Counted from the first letter of the stretch, positions 7,628 through 17,670 are shown. The stretch is 62,324 nucleotides of DNA from an uncultured Bacilli bacterium (GCA_947629405.1 CANRDL010000001.1:73502-135825), one strand, 5' to 3'. Made by a program: numbers and translations. The notes: generated from the sequence alone by a model not told the origin.

Positions 7628-8913
7628 ATATTAAATTTATAAAAGAAAATAGTGAATTAGTAAAGGAAAATATAAAAAAGAAATATCAAAATGATAAACT
7701 TTGTTTAGTTGATGAAGCAATTGATTTGTATGATTTAGTTTGTAAACTTAAATTAGAAGGTGATGAACTTAGGGCCAGAAGAAATAAATTATCGGATAAA
7801 ATTGGTGAGCTTTATAAAAATAATCAAAAAGAAGAAGCAGAAAATCACAAAAAATTAGTTGTCGAAATTAATGAAAATTTAAAACAAATTGAAAATCGTG
7901 AAGAAAGTTGTAATAAAGAATTAAAAGAAAGATTATTAGTTATTCCTAATATTATTGATCCTTCTGTACCAATTGGTAAAGATGATAGTGATAATGTCGA
8001 AATAAAAAAATATGGAAAACCAAATGTTCCAAATTATGAAATACCTTATCATACAGATATTATTGATACATTTGAAGGATTAGATAAGGATAATGCTAGC
8101 GGTAGAACATCTGGAAATGGTTTTTATTATTTAATGGGTGATATTGCTCGTCTTCATTCAGCTATGCTTGCTTATGCTAGGGATTTTATGATTGATAAAG
8201 GATTTACTTATTGTATACCACCTTTTATGATTAGAAGTGATGTTGTAGATGGCGTTATGAGTTTTGATGAAATGGAAGCGATGATGTATAAAATTGAAGG
8301 AGAAGATTTGTATTTAATTGGTACTTCCGAACATTCAATGATAGGTAAATTTAAAGATCAAATAATTGATGAAAAAGATTTACCATTAACATTGACTTCA
8401 TATTCTCCATGCTTTAGAAAAGAAGTAGGAGCTCACGGAATTGAAGAAAGAGGATTATATCGTGTCCATCAATTTGAAAAAGAAGAAATGATTGTGATTT
8501 GTAAGTCAGAAGATTCAATGGATTGGTATAATAAAATGTGGAAATTTACTGTAGACTTTTTTAGAAGTTTAAATATTCCAGTTAGAACATTAGAATGTTG
8601 TAGTGGAGATCTTGCTGATTTAAAAGTAAAATCTTGTGATGTTGAAGCATGGAGCCCAAGACAACAAAAATACTTTGAAGTAGGATCTTGTTCAACTCTT
8701 GGCGATGCCCAAGCAAGAAGATTAAAAATTCGTGCAAAAGGTGAAAAAGAAAATTATTTAGTTCATACTTTAAACAATACTGTTTTGGCATCACCTAGAG
8801 GATTAATTGCATTTATTGAAAATAATTATCAAGAAGATGGCTCAATTAAAATTCCTAAAGTTTTAAGACCATATATGGGCGGAAAAACTAAAATACAAAA
8901 AAATAAGGATTAA
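7621..8913 (+). CDS. serS: serine--tRNA ligase
   Basis: An N-terminal coiled-coil arm is followed by a class II core (TSEHSM, CFRKEVGAHG, NNTVLASPR). The start overlaps the preceding stop (ATGTTAG). Confidence 0.95.
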   Translation: MLDIKFIKENSELVKENIKKKYQNDKLCLVDEAIDLYDLVCKLKLEGDELRARRNKLSDKIGELYKNNQKEEAENHKKLVVEINENLKQIENREESCNKELKERLLVIPNIIDPSVPIGKDDSDNVEIKKYGKPNVPNYEIPYHTDIIDTFEGLDKDNASGRTSGNGFYYLMGDIARLHSAMLAYARDFMIDKGFTYCIPPFMIRSDVVDGVMSFDEMEAMMYKIEGEDLYLIGTSEHSMIGKFKDQIIDEKDLPLTLTSYSPCFRKEVGAHGIEERGLYRVHQFEKEEMIVICKSEDSMDWYNKMWKFTVDFFRSLNIPVRTLECCSGDLADLKVKSCDVEAWSPRQQKYFEVGSCSTLGDAQARRLKIRAKGEKENYLVHTLNNTVLASPRGLIAFIENNYQEDGSIKIPKVLRPYMGGKTKIQKNKD

Positions 8914-8939
8914 TTTATTTTAAATCCTTATTTTTTTTA
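8902..8939. terminator. bidirectional intrinsic terminator between serS and the ZIP transporter gene
   Basis: AATAAGGATT (8902-8911) pairs with AATCCTTATT (8923-8932). An A-run lies on one side and a T-run on the other. Confidence 0.6.
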
Positions 8940-9743
8940 TCCTAAAGCAACATCTAAGGCCATCATTATACAAAAACCGATTAGTATAATAAAAGCCATA
9001 ATATTTTTATTTTCTCCTTTTTGACATTCCGGTATTAACTCTTCAACGACAACATATATCATAGCCCCTCCGGCAAATGCTAAGCAAAATGGTAATAATA
9101 ATCTTATTTTCATGATTAATATTGCTCCAAGTAAAGCTGAAATAGGCTCAACTATAGCACTAATTTGCCCCCAGAAAAAGGCTTTTTTTCGTGAAAATCC
9201 TTCTCTTAATAAGGGAAGAGAAATGGCACTTCCTTCGGGGAAATTCTGAATTCCAATACCCATAGCTAAAGCAAATGCTGCTGCAAGTGTTGCACCGTCT
9301 AAATTATAACCTATGGATCCAAAGGCTACTCCAATGGCTAATCCTTCAGGAATATTATGAATTGTTATAGAAAAAACTAAAAGCCAAATTCTTTTTAAAC
9401 TATTATTTTTATTAGAATTTTTCGAAAATTTATTTTGAAAATGATCAAATATTTTATCACAAATAAATAAAAATAATCCCCCAAATAATACACCTATAAC
9501 TAAAGTTAACCAGACACATAAATGTAAATTTTCGGCCATATTAATTGCCGGTGCGATAAGAGAAAAAAAAGATGCAGCAATCATTACCCCGGCAGCAAAC
9601 GAAACCATACTATCTAATATAATTTTTTTCGGTCTCTTAAATAAAAATACGACTGCCGCTCCTAATGTTGTAATTAAATATGTAAATATGGCTGAAATTA
9701 ACGCTTGCATCGGATGTGGCAAGTTAATAATAAACTCTTTCAT
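8937..9743 (-). CDS. zupT: ZIP family metal (zinc) transporter
   Basis: Polytopic membrane protein with HNIPEGLAIGVAFG and IQNFPEGSAIS motifs. Confidence 0.85.
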   Translation of the reverse strand: MKEFIINLPHPMQALISAIFTYLITTLGAAVVFLFKRPKKIILDSMVSFAAGVMIAASFFSLIAPAINMAENLHLCVWLTLVIGVLFGGLFLFICDKIFDHFQNKFSKNSNKNNSLKRIWLLVFSITIHNIPEGLAIGVAFGSIGYNLDGATLAAAFALAMGIGIQNFPEGSAISLPLLREGFSRKKAFFWGQISAIVEPISALLGAILIMKIRLLLPFCLAFAGGAMIYVVVEELIPECQKGENKNIMAFIILIGFCIMMALDVALG

Positions 9744-9831
9744 TAATACACCTCTTTTTTAATATATGAATGGATATTTTTTTTGCCTAGGCAACTATTT
9801 TATGATAAAATTGTTGATGGAGTTGATATTC

Positions 9832-11256
9832 ATGAAATTTCCAAATATACAAGAAGAAAGAAAAAGAGAAAAAAATGAAAAAATTAATGTAATTTATCAA
9901 AAAAATAATTATCCTAAAGATATATTTAAAAATAAAAAATTTTTACTTAAAACATATGGTTGCCAAATGAATGTTCATGATTCGGAAATCATTAAAAAAT
10001 ATTTAACTGATTTAGGATTTTTGGAAACTAAAAATGAAAAAGATGCCGATTTGATTCTTTTAAATACTTGTGCGATAAGAGAGAATGTTTATGACAAAGT
10101 ATATGGATTTTTAGGAAGATGTAAACATTTAAAACAAGAAAAAAAGGATTTAATAATTGGCATATGTGGCTGTATGGCCCAAAGTGAAAAAGTATGTAAA
10201 ACTATCTATGAAAAATATAAATTTGTCGATATTGTTTTTGGGACTCATAATATTTATATATTGCCTAAATTATTAATAGAAAAAAGTAATAAATTAAATA
10301 TTGAAGTTTTATCTAATGACAATAATATTTATGAAAATTTTGAATATAACAGAGATTCAAAGTATACTGCGTGGGTAAATATTATGTATGGTTGTGATAA
10401 ATTTTGTACTTATTGTATAGTTCCTTATACTCGCGGAAGACAGAGAAGTAGAAAACATGAGGATATTATAAAGGAAGTTCAAGATTTAATAAAAAAAGGT
10501 TATCAAGAAGTAACTTTATTAGGGCAAAATGTCAACGCTTATGGAAAAGATAGAGAAAATGAAATCAAGTTTTCTGAATTATTGCAAAAAGTCAGTGATT
10601 TAAAAATACCAAGAATTAGATTTGTTACTTCCCACCCATGGGATTTTACTGATGAAATGATAGATGTAATTGCCAAAAATGACAATATTATGCCATATAT
10701 TCATTTACCACTTCAATCTGGTAGTAATAAAATCTTACAAAAAATGAATCGTCGATATACGAAAGAAGAATATTTAGAATTATTTAATAAAATTAAAAAT
10801 AAAATAAAAAATGTTGCTATTACTACCGATATCATAGTAGGGTTTCCTAATGAATCAGAAGAAGACTTTAATGATACATTAGATATAGTTAAAAAATGCC
10901 AATTCGACAGTGCTTTTACCTTTATTTTTTCGAAAAGAGAGGGTACACCAGCATCCGTAATGCCTGATAAAGTTTCTAAAGAAGAAAAAGAGCAAAGGCT
11001 TCAAAAATTAAATGAATTAATTAATAAATTTTCCCTTAAAAAAAATAAAGAATATTTAAATAAAATATGTAAAGTATTAGTTTTAGGCGTAAGTGAAAAA
11101 GATCAAGACAAAGTATATGGTTATACAGAAACAATGAAATTAGTAAATATTAAAGCACCAAAAGATATAATCGGTCAAATTGTTGATGTAAAAATTACTG
11201 ATGCCAAAAGTTTTAGTTTAGATGGCATATTAAAAATCGACATAAATCGTAAATGA
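9832..11256 (+). CDS. miaB: tRNA-i6A37 methylthiotransferase MiaB
   Basis: KTYGCQMNVHDSE (UPF0004 domain), radical SAM CDKFCTYCIVP motif, and a C-terminal TRAM domain. ATG 9832 was chosen (GGAG upstream); the ORF track starts at 9766. Confidence 0.9.
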   Translation: MKFPNIQEERKREKNEKINVIYQKNNYPKDIFKNKKFLLKTYGCQMNVHDSEIIKKYLTDLGFLETKNEKDADLILLNTCAIRENVYDKVYGFLGRCKHLKQEKKDLIIGICGCMAQSEKVCKTIYEKYKFVDIVFGTHNIYILPKLLIEKSNKLNIEVLSNDNNIYENFEYNRDSKYTAWVNIMYGCDKFCTYCIVPYTRGRQRSRKHEDIIKEVQDLIKKGYQEVTLLGQNVNAYGKDRENEIKFSELLQKVSDLKIPRIRFVTSHPWDFTDEMIDVIAKNDNIMPYIHLPLQSGSNKILQKMNRRYTKEEYLELFNKIKNKIKNVAITTDIIVGFPNESEEDFNDTLDIVKKCQFDSAFTFIFSKREGTPASVMPDKVSKEEKEQRLQKLNELINKFSLKKNKEYLNKICKVLVLGVSEKDQDKVYGYTETMKLVNIKAPKDIIGQIVDVKITDAKSFSLDGILKIDINRK

Positions 11257-11285
11257 TTTATGTTATTTTTTTATTGGTGATAAAT

Positions 11286-11732
11286 ATGAAAAAATTTTTG
11301 GCAATTTTTATAGTATCAGTTTTAGTTGGCAGTGTCTTTGCTTTTGTCTTATTTAAAAAATCGGATCATAATATTGAAGAAGTTGTAAACATTCAAAATT
11401 CTTATACGGCTTTTCAACTTGGTGTTTATAAAAATTTAGATAATGCTAAAAATAAAAGTAGTCAATTTAAGGGAAGTATAATTTATTATGATAAAGATTT
11501 TTACCGAGTTTATTTTTCTATTTTAAAAAGTAATTCGGGAATATCTAAAATGGACGATTATTTAAAATCCCAAAATATTAATTATTATAAAAAAGAAATT
11601 AATATAAATGATGAAAAATTTATTGATTTAGTAAATAATTATGAAAAAGTATTAATAAATACGGCTGATGAAGAAGTATTTTTAACTACTAATCAAAAAA
11701 TATTACAGGAATATGAAAAGTTAAATGTCTAA
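11286..11732 (+). CDS. membrane-anchored SPOR-like domain protein
   Basis: An N-terminal TM helix is followed by YTAFQLGVYKNLDNAKNKSS...FYRVYFSIL, which resembles a SPOR fold signature. The start is at ATG 11286, after GGTGA. Confidence 0.45.
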   Translation: MKKFLAIFIVSVLVGSVFAFVLFKKSDHNIEEVVNIQNSYTAFQLGVYKNLDNAKNKSSQFKGSIIYYDKDFYRVYFSILKSNSGISKMDDYLKSQNINYYKKEININDEKFIDLVNNYEKVLINTADEEVFLTTNQKILQEYEKLNV

Positions 11733-12411
11733 ACTTATTAAAGATTTGCCAATATCAGAAAAGCCGAGGGAAAGATTAATTAAATATGGGGTTAGCAATT
11801 TGTCTAATGAAGATCTATTAGCTATTATTTTAAGAACTGGTACTAAAAATATTTCTGTCAAAGATTTAGCATTAGATATTTTAAATTATGCTAAAGATAT
11901 AAGAAATTTAAAATATTATTCTTATAAAAAGTTTATTAATATAAATGGAATAGGTGAAGTTAAAGCAATAACCCTATGTGCCGCAATTGAACTGGGAAGA
12001 AGAGTATATTTAGATAAAGATTGTATTAATATTAAAATTAATTCTACTAAGAAAGTTTATGAACTTTTTAAAGATTACTTCCAAAATGAGTACCAAGAAA
12101 TTTTTTTGGTTTTATATTTAGATACTCAAAAAAATTTAATTGAAAAAAAGGTCTTATTTAAAGGTACTCTTAATCAAAGTATTGCTCATCCTCGAGAAAT
12201 ATTTAAATATGCTTATCTTACTTCTGCACAAGCTATCATTTGTATTCATAATCATCCTAGTGGTAATCCAAATCCTTCAAAACAAGATGATATATTTACT
12301 AAAAAAATTATCGAAATTGGTAAACTTTTACAAATTGATGTTTTAGATCATATAATTATGGGAAATAATATATATTATAGTTACTTTGAACATGGAAAAG
12401 TGGGGATTTAA
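11725..12411 (+). CDS. radC: RadC-like JAB domain protein
   Basis: EKPRERL...LSNEDLLAIILRTGT at the N-terminus and the HNHPSGNPNPS JAMM motif. Confidence 0.9.
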   Translation: MSKLIKDLPISEKPRERLIKYGVSNLSNEDLLAIILRTGTKNISVKDLALDILNYAKDIRNLKYYSYKKFININGIGEVKAITLCAAIELGRRVYLDKDCINIKINSTKKVYELFKDYFQNEYQEIFLVLYLDTQKNLIEKKVLFKGTLNQSIAHPREIFKYAYLTSAQAIICIHNHPSGNPNPSKQDDIFTKKIIEIGKLLQIDVLDHIIMGNNIYYSYFEHGKVGI

Positions 12412-13094
12412 TGAAAAAATTTATTAAGTATGGTTATTATTTAATTGTCTTACTTTTATTATTTATTTTTAAGAATCCAATTAGTTATGCTTTTAAAAAT
12501 ATTAATTCATTTTTTCAAAAAGATTCTAAAAATAATGTCCAATTAGAACTTTTAAAAGCGGAAAATAAATCATTAAAACAAGAATTAAAAAATATAAAAA
12601 ATTTTAACAAAGATAATTATGATAAATTTAATTATGTTGATTGTAAAATTATTGAAAGAAATATATATGATTTTTATGATTATATAATAATTGATAAAGG
12701 CAGTGAAAATGATATTAAAAAAGATAGTGCCGTTATTTCCGAAAAGGGGTTAATTGGCATTGTTGAAAAAGTATATAAACTAAATTCTAAAGTTAAATTA
12801 ATTACATCTGAAGATATAAATATATCAATAAAAATAAATGATACTTATGGAGTAATAGATAATTATAATAGAGATAAAAATTACTATGAAGCAACGGTAA
12901 CCAAAGATTCTAATATTAAAATAAATGATGAAATATATACATCAGGTTTAGGAATAATTCCCAGCAATATTTATATTGGTTATGTAACAAAAATTATAAA
13001 AAGCAATATAAAAGATAAAATTTATTTTAAAACTAAAAATAATATAAACGAATTAAATAATTTAATAGTTATAAAAGGAAGTAAAAATGTTTAG
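12411..13094 (+). CDS. mreC: rod shape-determining protein MreC
   Basis: TM anchor, a coiled coil (LKAENKSLKQELKNIK), then IIDKGSENDIKKDSAVISEKGLIGIVEKV. It sits after radC. Confidence 0.8.
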   Translation: MKKFIKYGYYLIVLLLLFIFKNPISYAFKNINSFFQKDSKNNVQLELLKAENKSLKQELKNIKNFNKDNYDKFNYVDCKIIERNIYDFYDYIIIDKGSENDIKKDSAVISEKGLIGIVEKVYKLNSKVKLITSEDINISIKINDTYGVIDNYNRDKNYYEATVTKDSNIKINDEIYTSGLGIIPSNIYIGYVTKIIKSNIKDKIYFKTKNNINELNNLIVIKGSKNV

Positions 13095-13494
13095 TTTATT
13101 TTTAGATGTAGCAATTTATAATTTAACCAATTATTCATCATTTTTTGTTTTATTTCCCATTTGTTATTTTTCCATCAAAAAAGAGTGGTATAAAATTTTA
13201 ATATTAGGAATAATAGTTGATATTTTGACTTCGACATGGTTAATAAATTTAGCAATATTTATGTTTATATATTTTTTTAATTATTTTTACTTTAAAATAT
13301 TTAATTTAAAATTTATTACATATTTGATTTTAATATTATTAAATTATATTATTTTTAGTTTTTTATTATATTTGATTAATAATTACAATTATTTAGAATT
13401 TGCTTATTTATTTAAATATTTATTTAATAACTTAATTATTAATATAATTTACTATTTATTAAATTATAAATTTGTGTTAAAATTAAATAAATAA
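13087..13494 (+). CDS. mreD: rod shape-determining protein MreD (by position and topology)
   Basis: Small polytopic membrane protein that overlaps the mreC stop. Confidence 0.5.
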   Translation: MFSLFLDVAIYNLTNYSSFFVLFPICYFSIKKEWYKILILGIIVDILTSTWLINLAIFMFIYFFNYFYFKIFNLKFITYLILILLNYIIFSFLLYLINNYNYLEFAYLFKYLFNNLIINIIYYLLNYKFVLKLNK

Positions 13495-13517
13495 AATTAA
13501 AGGATTGTGAATTATTT

Positions 13518-13958
13518 ATGATATTTTTTTTAAGTAATGTATTTAATATTTTTAGTTCTCTTTCATTTATCGACATTGTATTTTTTAGTTTAATTTTAAT
13601 TTTAATTATTTCCTTTGTAGGAATGGTTTATTTTGTGAAAATAAACAAAAAATTAATAAATTTAGAAATACAAGAAAAAACAAATAATTCATTAAAAGAT
13701 GAACTAAAAGATAACGATGATGAAATAACTCATTATGAAGATGATCAAGAAAAAACAGCGATAATTAGTTATTCAGAATTAATAAAAAATGCTAATCGTA
13801 ATAAAATTGTATATGAAGAAAAAAGTACTCAAGAAAAAGATCCTGATATTTCAGTCAAAAAAATAAATGTTAAAGAAAACGATCAAAAAGATTATGTAAT
13901 AAATTTAGAAAAAGAAGAGGAATTTTTAAAAGAATTAAAAAATTTACAGTCAAAATAG
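13518..13958 (+). CDS. hypothetical membrane-anchored acidic protein
   Basis: N-terminal TM helices are followed by a D/E/K-rich tail. No motif was recognised. Confidence 0.45.
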   Translation: MIFFLSNVFNIFSSLSFIDIVFFSLILILIISFVGMVYFVKINKKLINLEIQEKTNNSLKDELKDNDDEITHYEDDQEKTAIISYSELIKNANRNKIVYEEKSTQEKDPDISVKKINVKENDQKDYVINLEKEEEFLKELKNLQSK

Positions 13959-14035
13959 ATTTTAATTAAAGGAAATTACTTGTTTTAAAATATTATTTAT
14001 TATATAATACTAATATGCTTTAAAGGAGGAATATT

Positions 14036-15280
14036 ATGAAAAATGTTCATAATGTAGAAATTAAAATTAACGGTTCAGAATGGGAAAATATTCTAGATAC
14101 TGTTTTTAAGAAAAAACAAAAAGAGGCAAAAGTTGACGGCTTTAGAAAAGGAACTGTTCCAAAGGATATTTATTTAAAAAAAGTAGGTATTCAATCTTTA
14201 TATGCAGATGCTATTGATATCGCTATGAATTCTGCTTATAAAAAAATTCTTACAGAACAAAAATTAATACCTGAATGTGAACCAAAAGTTGATATTAAAA
14301 ATATTAATGAAAAAGAAGTTATTTTTGAATTTACAATCATAACAAAACCCGAAATAAAATTAGGTGAATATAAAAATTTAGGAATAAAGAAGGATAAAAT
14401 TACTGTTACTAAAGAAGAAATAGAAAAAGAAATAAACCAATTGAAAACTAAATATGCTGAAATTGTAGTTAAAGAAAATGGCTCTGTAGAAGATGGAAAT
14501 ACTGCAGTTATTGATTTTGAAGGTAAAGTAGATGGAAAAGTTTTAGAGGGAGGAACTGGCAAAGATTATCCTCTTGAAATTGGTTCAAATACATTTATAC
14601 CAGGATTCGAAAGTGGTCTTGTAGGTATGAAAGTTGGCGAAACAAAAGATTTGAATTTAAAATTCCCAGAAAATTATACCGAAGATCTTAAAAATAAAGA
14701 TGTTGTTTTTAAAGTTACAGTTAAAGAAATAAAAGAAAGAATTTTACCAGATCTTAATGAAGATTTTTATAAAGATTTAGGTTATGATGATGTAAAAGAT
14801 TCTAAACAATTTGAAGAAAAAATAAAAGCAGAACTTAAACATCGTAAAGAACATCAAGTTGAAGATAAATATCTTAATGATTTAATGGAAAAAGCTATTT
14901 CTAATATGAAAATAGAACTTAATGAAGAAATTATTCATGATGAAATTCATCGAATGATTCATCAATATGAAGAACAACTTAAAATGCAAGGTTTATCAAT
15001 TGAACAATATTTACAATTTACTAATTCTAAAATGGAAGATTTAGAAAGTCAAATGAAACCTGAAGCTGAAAATAGAGTAAAAGCTCGTTATTTACTTGAA
15101 GAAATTGCCGTTAAAGAAAATATTAAAATTACAGAAGATGATGCTAAGAAAGAAGCTAAAAACATGGCTTCAAGATATGGCATGGAAGAAGCAGAATTTT
15201 TAACAGCATTTGGTGGACTTGAAGTTGTTAAGTATGATTTAAAAATGCGTAAAGCAATGGATATTTTAAAAGAAGAGTAA
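14036..15280 (+). CDS. tig: trigger factor
   Basis: The N-terminal ribosome-binding motif GFRKGTVP and a central FKBP-type PPIase (IDFEGKVDGKVLEGG...FIPGFE) are present. Confidence 0.95.
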   Translation: MKNVHNVEIKINGSEWENILDTVFKKKQKEAKVDGFRKGTVPKDIYLKKVGIQSLYADAIDIAMNSAYKKILTEQKLIPECEPKVDIKNINEKEVIFEFTIITKPEIKLGEYKNLGIKKDKITVTKEEIEKEINQLKTKYAEIVVKENGSVEDGNTAVIDFEGKVDGKVLEGGTGKDYPLEIGSNTFIPGFESGLVGMKVGETKDLNLKFPENYTEDLKNKDVVFKVTVKEIKERILPDLNEDFYKDLGYDDVKDSKQFEEKIKAELKHRKEHQVEDKYLNDLMEKAISNMKIELNEEIIHDEIHRMIHQYEEQLKMQGLSIEQYLQFTNSKMEDLESQMKPEAENRVKARYLLEEIAVKENIKITEDDAKKEAKNMASRYGMEEAEFLTAFGGLEVVKYDLKMRKAMDILKEE

Positions 15281-15295
15281 AGCTCTTCTTTTTTT
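15270..15295. terminator. bidirectional terminator between the convergent tig and sigK genes
   Basis: AAGAAGAG (15270-15277) pairs with CTCTTCTT (15283-15290), followed by a T-run. Confidence 0.6.
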
Positions 15296-16001
15296 ATAAA
15301 ATATTATCTGATTTAATAAATTCTCTTAACATTTTAGTAATGGCTCTTTTTTCAATGCGGGATACATAACTTCTAGATATTCCCATTTCTTTAGCTATTT
15401 CTTTTTGAGTCATTTCTTTTTTATTATTAAGACCATAGCGTTTAATTATAATTTCTTTTTCTCGGCCTTTTAAATCAGTTAAATATTTTTTTAAAAGATT
15501 TACATTATTTTTAAGATGAATAGAATCGGCATAATCTTCTGATTCATCTTTTAATACATCTATTAAATTTATTTCATTACCTTCTTTATCATAACCGATA
15601 GAGTCATTTAAAGAAACATTATTATTATTTTTTTTATTTTGTCTAAAATACATTAATATTTCATTTTCAATGCATCTTGCAGCATAAGTAGTTATTTTAG
15701 TTTTTTTATCGTTTGAATAAGAATCTATTCCTTTTATTAATCCAATTGTACCAATAGAAATTAAGTCATCAGTATCAGTATTTTTTGTATCAAATTTTTT
15801 TACAATATGCGCTACTAATCTTAAATTATGTTCAATTAGTTTATTACGGGCTTCCTTATTTCCTTTAATCATTAAATCAATATATTTTTTTTCATCTTCT
15901 GGACTTAGTGGATCAGGGAAAACATTATTGGAATAACTACCAGTAAAAAACATAGCATTTTTAACAATTTCAATTAAAATATTTAAAAACATTAAATTCA
16001 C
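15294..16001 (-). CDS. sigK: sporulation sigma factor SigK (pro-sigma-K), uninterrupted
   Basis: [46 protein letters not shown]...[17 protein letters not shown]...[16 protein letters not shown] is very close to the Bacillus SigK sequence as I recall it. A hydrophobic pro-peptide of about 22 aa is present. Confidence 0.85.
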   Translation of the reverse strand: MNLMFLNILIEIVKNAMFFTGSYSNNVFPDPLSPEDEKKYIDLMIKGNKEARNKLIEHNLRLVAHIVKKFDTKNTDTDDLISIGTIGLIKGIDSYSNDKKTKITTYAARCIENEILMYFRQNKKNNNNVSLNDSIGYDKEGNEINLIDVLKDESEDYADSIHLKNNVNLLKKYLTDLKGREKEIIIKRYGLNNKKEMTQKEIAKEMGISRSYVSRIEKRAITKMLREFIKSDNIL

Positions 16002-16338
16002 TCCTAATAAATTATATTTAATTAATATGTCAAAATACCAAAATAATAATGTTAACTTTACATGATTTTACATGAAAATTCTATTTTTTTATAGTACAAA
16101 ATGATATAATACTTAGAGATGGGTGGGAAGTATATAATACAGATTATCTAAATATAAATTTAAAACTAAAAATATTGAAAATGATTTATTAAAATATGAA
16201 AAAAATTATGTGTTATTTAATATAATAATATATATATGACATTTGATATATGATAAAATTGTAGGAATGTTTTTTATTATATGCTAAAGAAAATTCATAT
16301 TATTAAAATGAATAGGAATTAAAAGGAGAAATTGAAAA

Positions 16339-17670
16339 ATGATTGAAAATAAAAAAATATTAATTCAGGGAATGGCTCGAAGCGGTGTTTCTGTTGCTAG
16401 ATTGCTGGCTAAATATAACAATGACATTACTATTACAGATTTAAATGAACAAGATAATAATTTAATAGAAGAACTAAATAATTTAAAAATAAAAGTTGTC
16501 ATAACTAAAAATCAAGATGAACTTTTAGATGAAAGTTTTGATTTGCTTGTTAAAAATCCGGCAATTCGAAAAGATAATAAAACTGTCCTAAAAGCGAAAG
16601 AATTAGGAATTCCAGTAATTAATGAAATAGAAGTTAGTTATAAATTTTTACCTAAGGATGTTAAAATAATCACAATAACAGGCTCAAATGGTAAAACTAC
16701 AACTACTACTATGGTTTATGAATTACTTAAGCGTACTAACAAATGTGTTCATCTTGGTGGAAATATAGGGATACCTTTTTCTAGTTTTGTTGAAAAAGTT
16801 AAAAGTAATGATATAGTTGTTTTAGAAATATCTGACCATCAATTATGTGATATGTATGAATTTAAATCAGATATAAGTGTAATTACTAATCTTAGTAAGG
16901 TTCATTTAGATTTTCATAATGGCTATGAAGAATATAAACAAGTAAAGAAAAAAATATTTAATAATCATGATAAAGATTCAATAGCAATATTAAATTCTTC
17001 AGATAATGATGTTTTAACACTTACGAGTGATATTCCGTCTAAAAAAATATATTTTTCTTCAACTAAAGTTGCTGATGCATATCTAAATAATAATAAAATA
17101 ATATATAATAATGAAGAAGTAATTGATTGTGATGATATAAAACTTAAGGGTAAACATAATTATGAAAATATTATGGTTGCCATAATAATTTCCAAAATGT
17201 TTAATGTTAAAAATCAAGATATAAAAGAATTTTTAAAGGAATTTGGTGGGGTAGAACATCGATTAGAATATGTAAAAACCATTAATGGTATTAAATTTTA
17301 TAACGATTCCAAAGCAACGAACAATAAATCTACAATTATTGCTCTTGATTCTTTTGTAGAACCAACTATATTAATTATGGGTGGATTGGATCGAAATATT
17401 CCTTTTGATGAATTGGCTACTCATCTTAAAAATGTAAAAAAAGTTGTATGTTATGGTGAAACTAAAAATAAAATTGCAGATTTTTGTCAAAAAAATAATG
17501 TTGATGTTATTGTATTAGATAATCTAAGAGAGGCAACTCATAAAGCGTATGAAAATGCCGTATCAGGTGATGTCATATTACTTTCTCCAGCATGTGCTTC
17601 ATGGGATCAATATAAATGTTTTGAAGATAGAGGAGAAGAATTTAAAAAAGAAATAAATTTATTAAATTAG
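16339..17670 (+). CDS. murD: UDP-N-acetylmuramoylalanine--D-glutamate ligase
   Basis: GMARSGVSVARLL and ITGSNGKTTTT motifs, with Mur ligase central and C-terminal domains. Confidence 0.95.
   Translation: MIENKKILIQGMARSGVSVARLLAKYNNDITITDLNEQDNNLIEELNNLKIKVVITKNQDELLDESFDLLVKNPAIRKDNKTVLKAKELGIPVINEIEVSYKFLPKDVKIITITGSNGKTTTTTMVYELLKRTNKCVHLGGNIGIPFSSFVEKVKSNDIVVLEISDHQLCDMYEFKSDISVITNLSKVHLDFHNGYEEYKQVKKKIFNNHDKDSIAILNSSDNDVLTLTSDIPSKKIYFSSTKVADAYLNNNKIIYNNEEVIDCDDIKLKGKHNYENIMVAIIISKMFNVKNQDIKEFLKEFGGVEHRLEYVKTINGIKFYNDSKATNNKSTIIALDSFVEPTILIMGGLDRNIPFDELATHLKNVKKVVCYGETKNKIADFCQKNNVDVIVLDNLREATHKAYENAVSGDVILLSPACASWDQYKCFEDRGEEFKKEINLLN

Noticed and set aside
15294-16001. A check for a skin-like intervening element or a split sigK.
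   Set aside because: The ORF is continuous from the pro-peptide to region 4 ([21 protein letters not shown]). No recombinase gene is adjacent.
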